Origin: Mycobacterium leprae TN
Lineage (GTDB): Bacteria; Actinomycetota; Actinomycetes; Mycobacteriales; Mycobacteriaceae
Assembly (NCBI RefSeq): GCF_000195855.1
Contig: NC_002677.1
Location: 1,260,001 to 1,292,000 of the forward strand
Length of the DNA stretch: 32,000 bases
Reading direction: 5' to 3'
Made by a program: the position numbers and the translations under genes. This document shows positions 31,563 through 32,000 of this stretch, piece after piece. The number at the start of each line of letters is the position of its first letter. The first letter of the stretch is position 1. The notes beneath the pieces are model-generated. The model was not told the origin of the DNA. It made no database searches and saw only the letters and a program-made list of their open reading frames with translations.

Positions 31563-32000
31563 GTGCGATGTGACGTGAGGGCGTTGGCCCTGGCGGCTCG
31601 GGGGTTGATAGAGCTGATGATTGTGATTCCGATGGTTGCGGGGTGCTCCAATGCAGGCTCTAACAAGTCGGTCGGGACGATATCGTCGACGCCTGGGAAT
31701 ACGGAGGGCCATCATGGCCCAATGTTCCCGCGATGCGGGGGTATCAGCGATCAGACGATGTCGCAGCTAACGAAGGTTACCGGGTTGACGAACACCGCCC
31801 GGAATTCGGTGGGTTGCCAGTGGCTGGCCGGTGGCGGTATCGTTGGCCCGCACTTTTCGTTTTCATGGTATCGCGGCAGCCCGATTGGGCGTGAACGCAA
31901 GACCGAGGAGCTGTCACGGGCGAGCGTTGACGATATCAATATCAACGGCCACAGCGGTTTCATAGCGGTCGGAAACGAGCCCAGCTTGGGCGATTCGCTC
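31563..32000 (+). CDS. lprB: Lipoprotein LprB (Rv1274-like), truncated by window edge
   Basis: Open frame absent from the ORF track: VRCDVRALALAARGLIELMIVIPMVAGC|SNAGSNKSVGTISSTPGNTEGHHGPMFPRCGGISDQTMSQLTKVTGLTNTARNSVGCQWLAGGGIVGPHFSFSWYRGSPIGRERKTEELSRASVDDININGHSGFIAVGNEPSLGDSL. Lipobox VAGC present. GTG start inferred; 31575 is an alternative. Confidence 0.85.
   Translation, partial: MRCDVRALALAARGLIELMIVIPMVAGCSNAGSNKSVGTISSTPGNTEGHHGPMFPRCGGISDQTMSQLTKVTGLTNTARNSVGCQWLAGGGIVGPHFSFSWYRGSPIGRERKTEELSRASVDDININGHSGFIAVGNEPSLGDSL

Noticed and set aside
1-32000. CRISPR arrays, retrons, toxin-antitoxin or phage modules
   Set aside because: No regularly spaced direct repeats, reverse transcriptase, Cas, or phage structural or integrase motifs seen. 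The nuclease-helicase at 6648-10106 is a single known-architecture gene, not evidence of a multigene defence system.

Overview
The window looks like a stretch of Mycobacterium leprae-type chromosome undergoing reductive decay. It is collinear with the M. tuberculosis Rv1248c-Rv1274 region (identified from remembered family and protein sequences, not from a database search). Apparently intact genes: kgd (28-3744, -), Rv1249c-like membrane protein (-), a large RecB-like nuclease/DEDD exonuclease/SF1 helicase fusion (Rv1251c-like, -), lprE (-), an OafA/YrhL-type acyltransferase (+), a GlcD-like FAD oxidase (Rv1257c-like, -), udgB (+), a heterodimeric ABC exporter pair (Rv1272c/Rv1273c-like, -), and lprB, which runs off the right edge (+) and is missing from the ORF track. 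Between them are recognisable degraded genes: an MFS transporter (Rv1250-like), deaD, a PPE gene, cyp130, a Tap-family MFS transporter (Rv1258c-like), an LLM flavin oxidoreductase fragment, a HIT protein (Rv1262c-like), a PatB/MalY-type aminotransferase, amiB2, a DNA-deoxyinosine (hypoxanthine) glycosylase-like gene with a 3' frameshift, an imidazolonepropionase-like amidohydrolase, and the pH-sensing adenylyl cyclase Rv1264. I found no CRISPR, tRNA, rRNA, phage island or clearly novel multigene defence system. The items most worth a second look are a 43-nt near-perfect palindrome at 20327-20369 next to an 18/19 direct repeat, the inactivated deoxyinosine glycosylase, the nuclease-helicase fusion, and several unassigned coding remnants.
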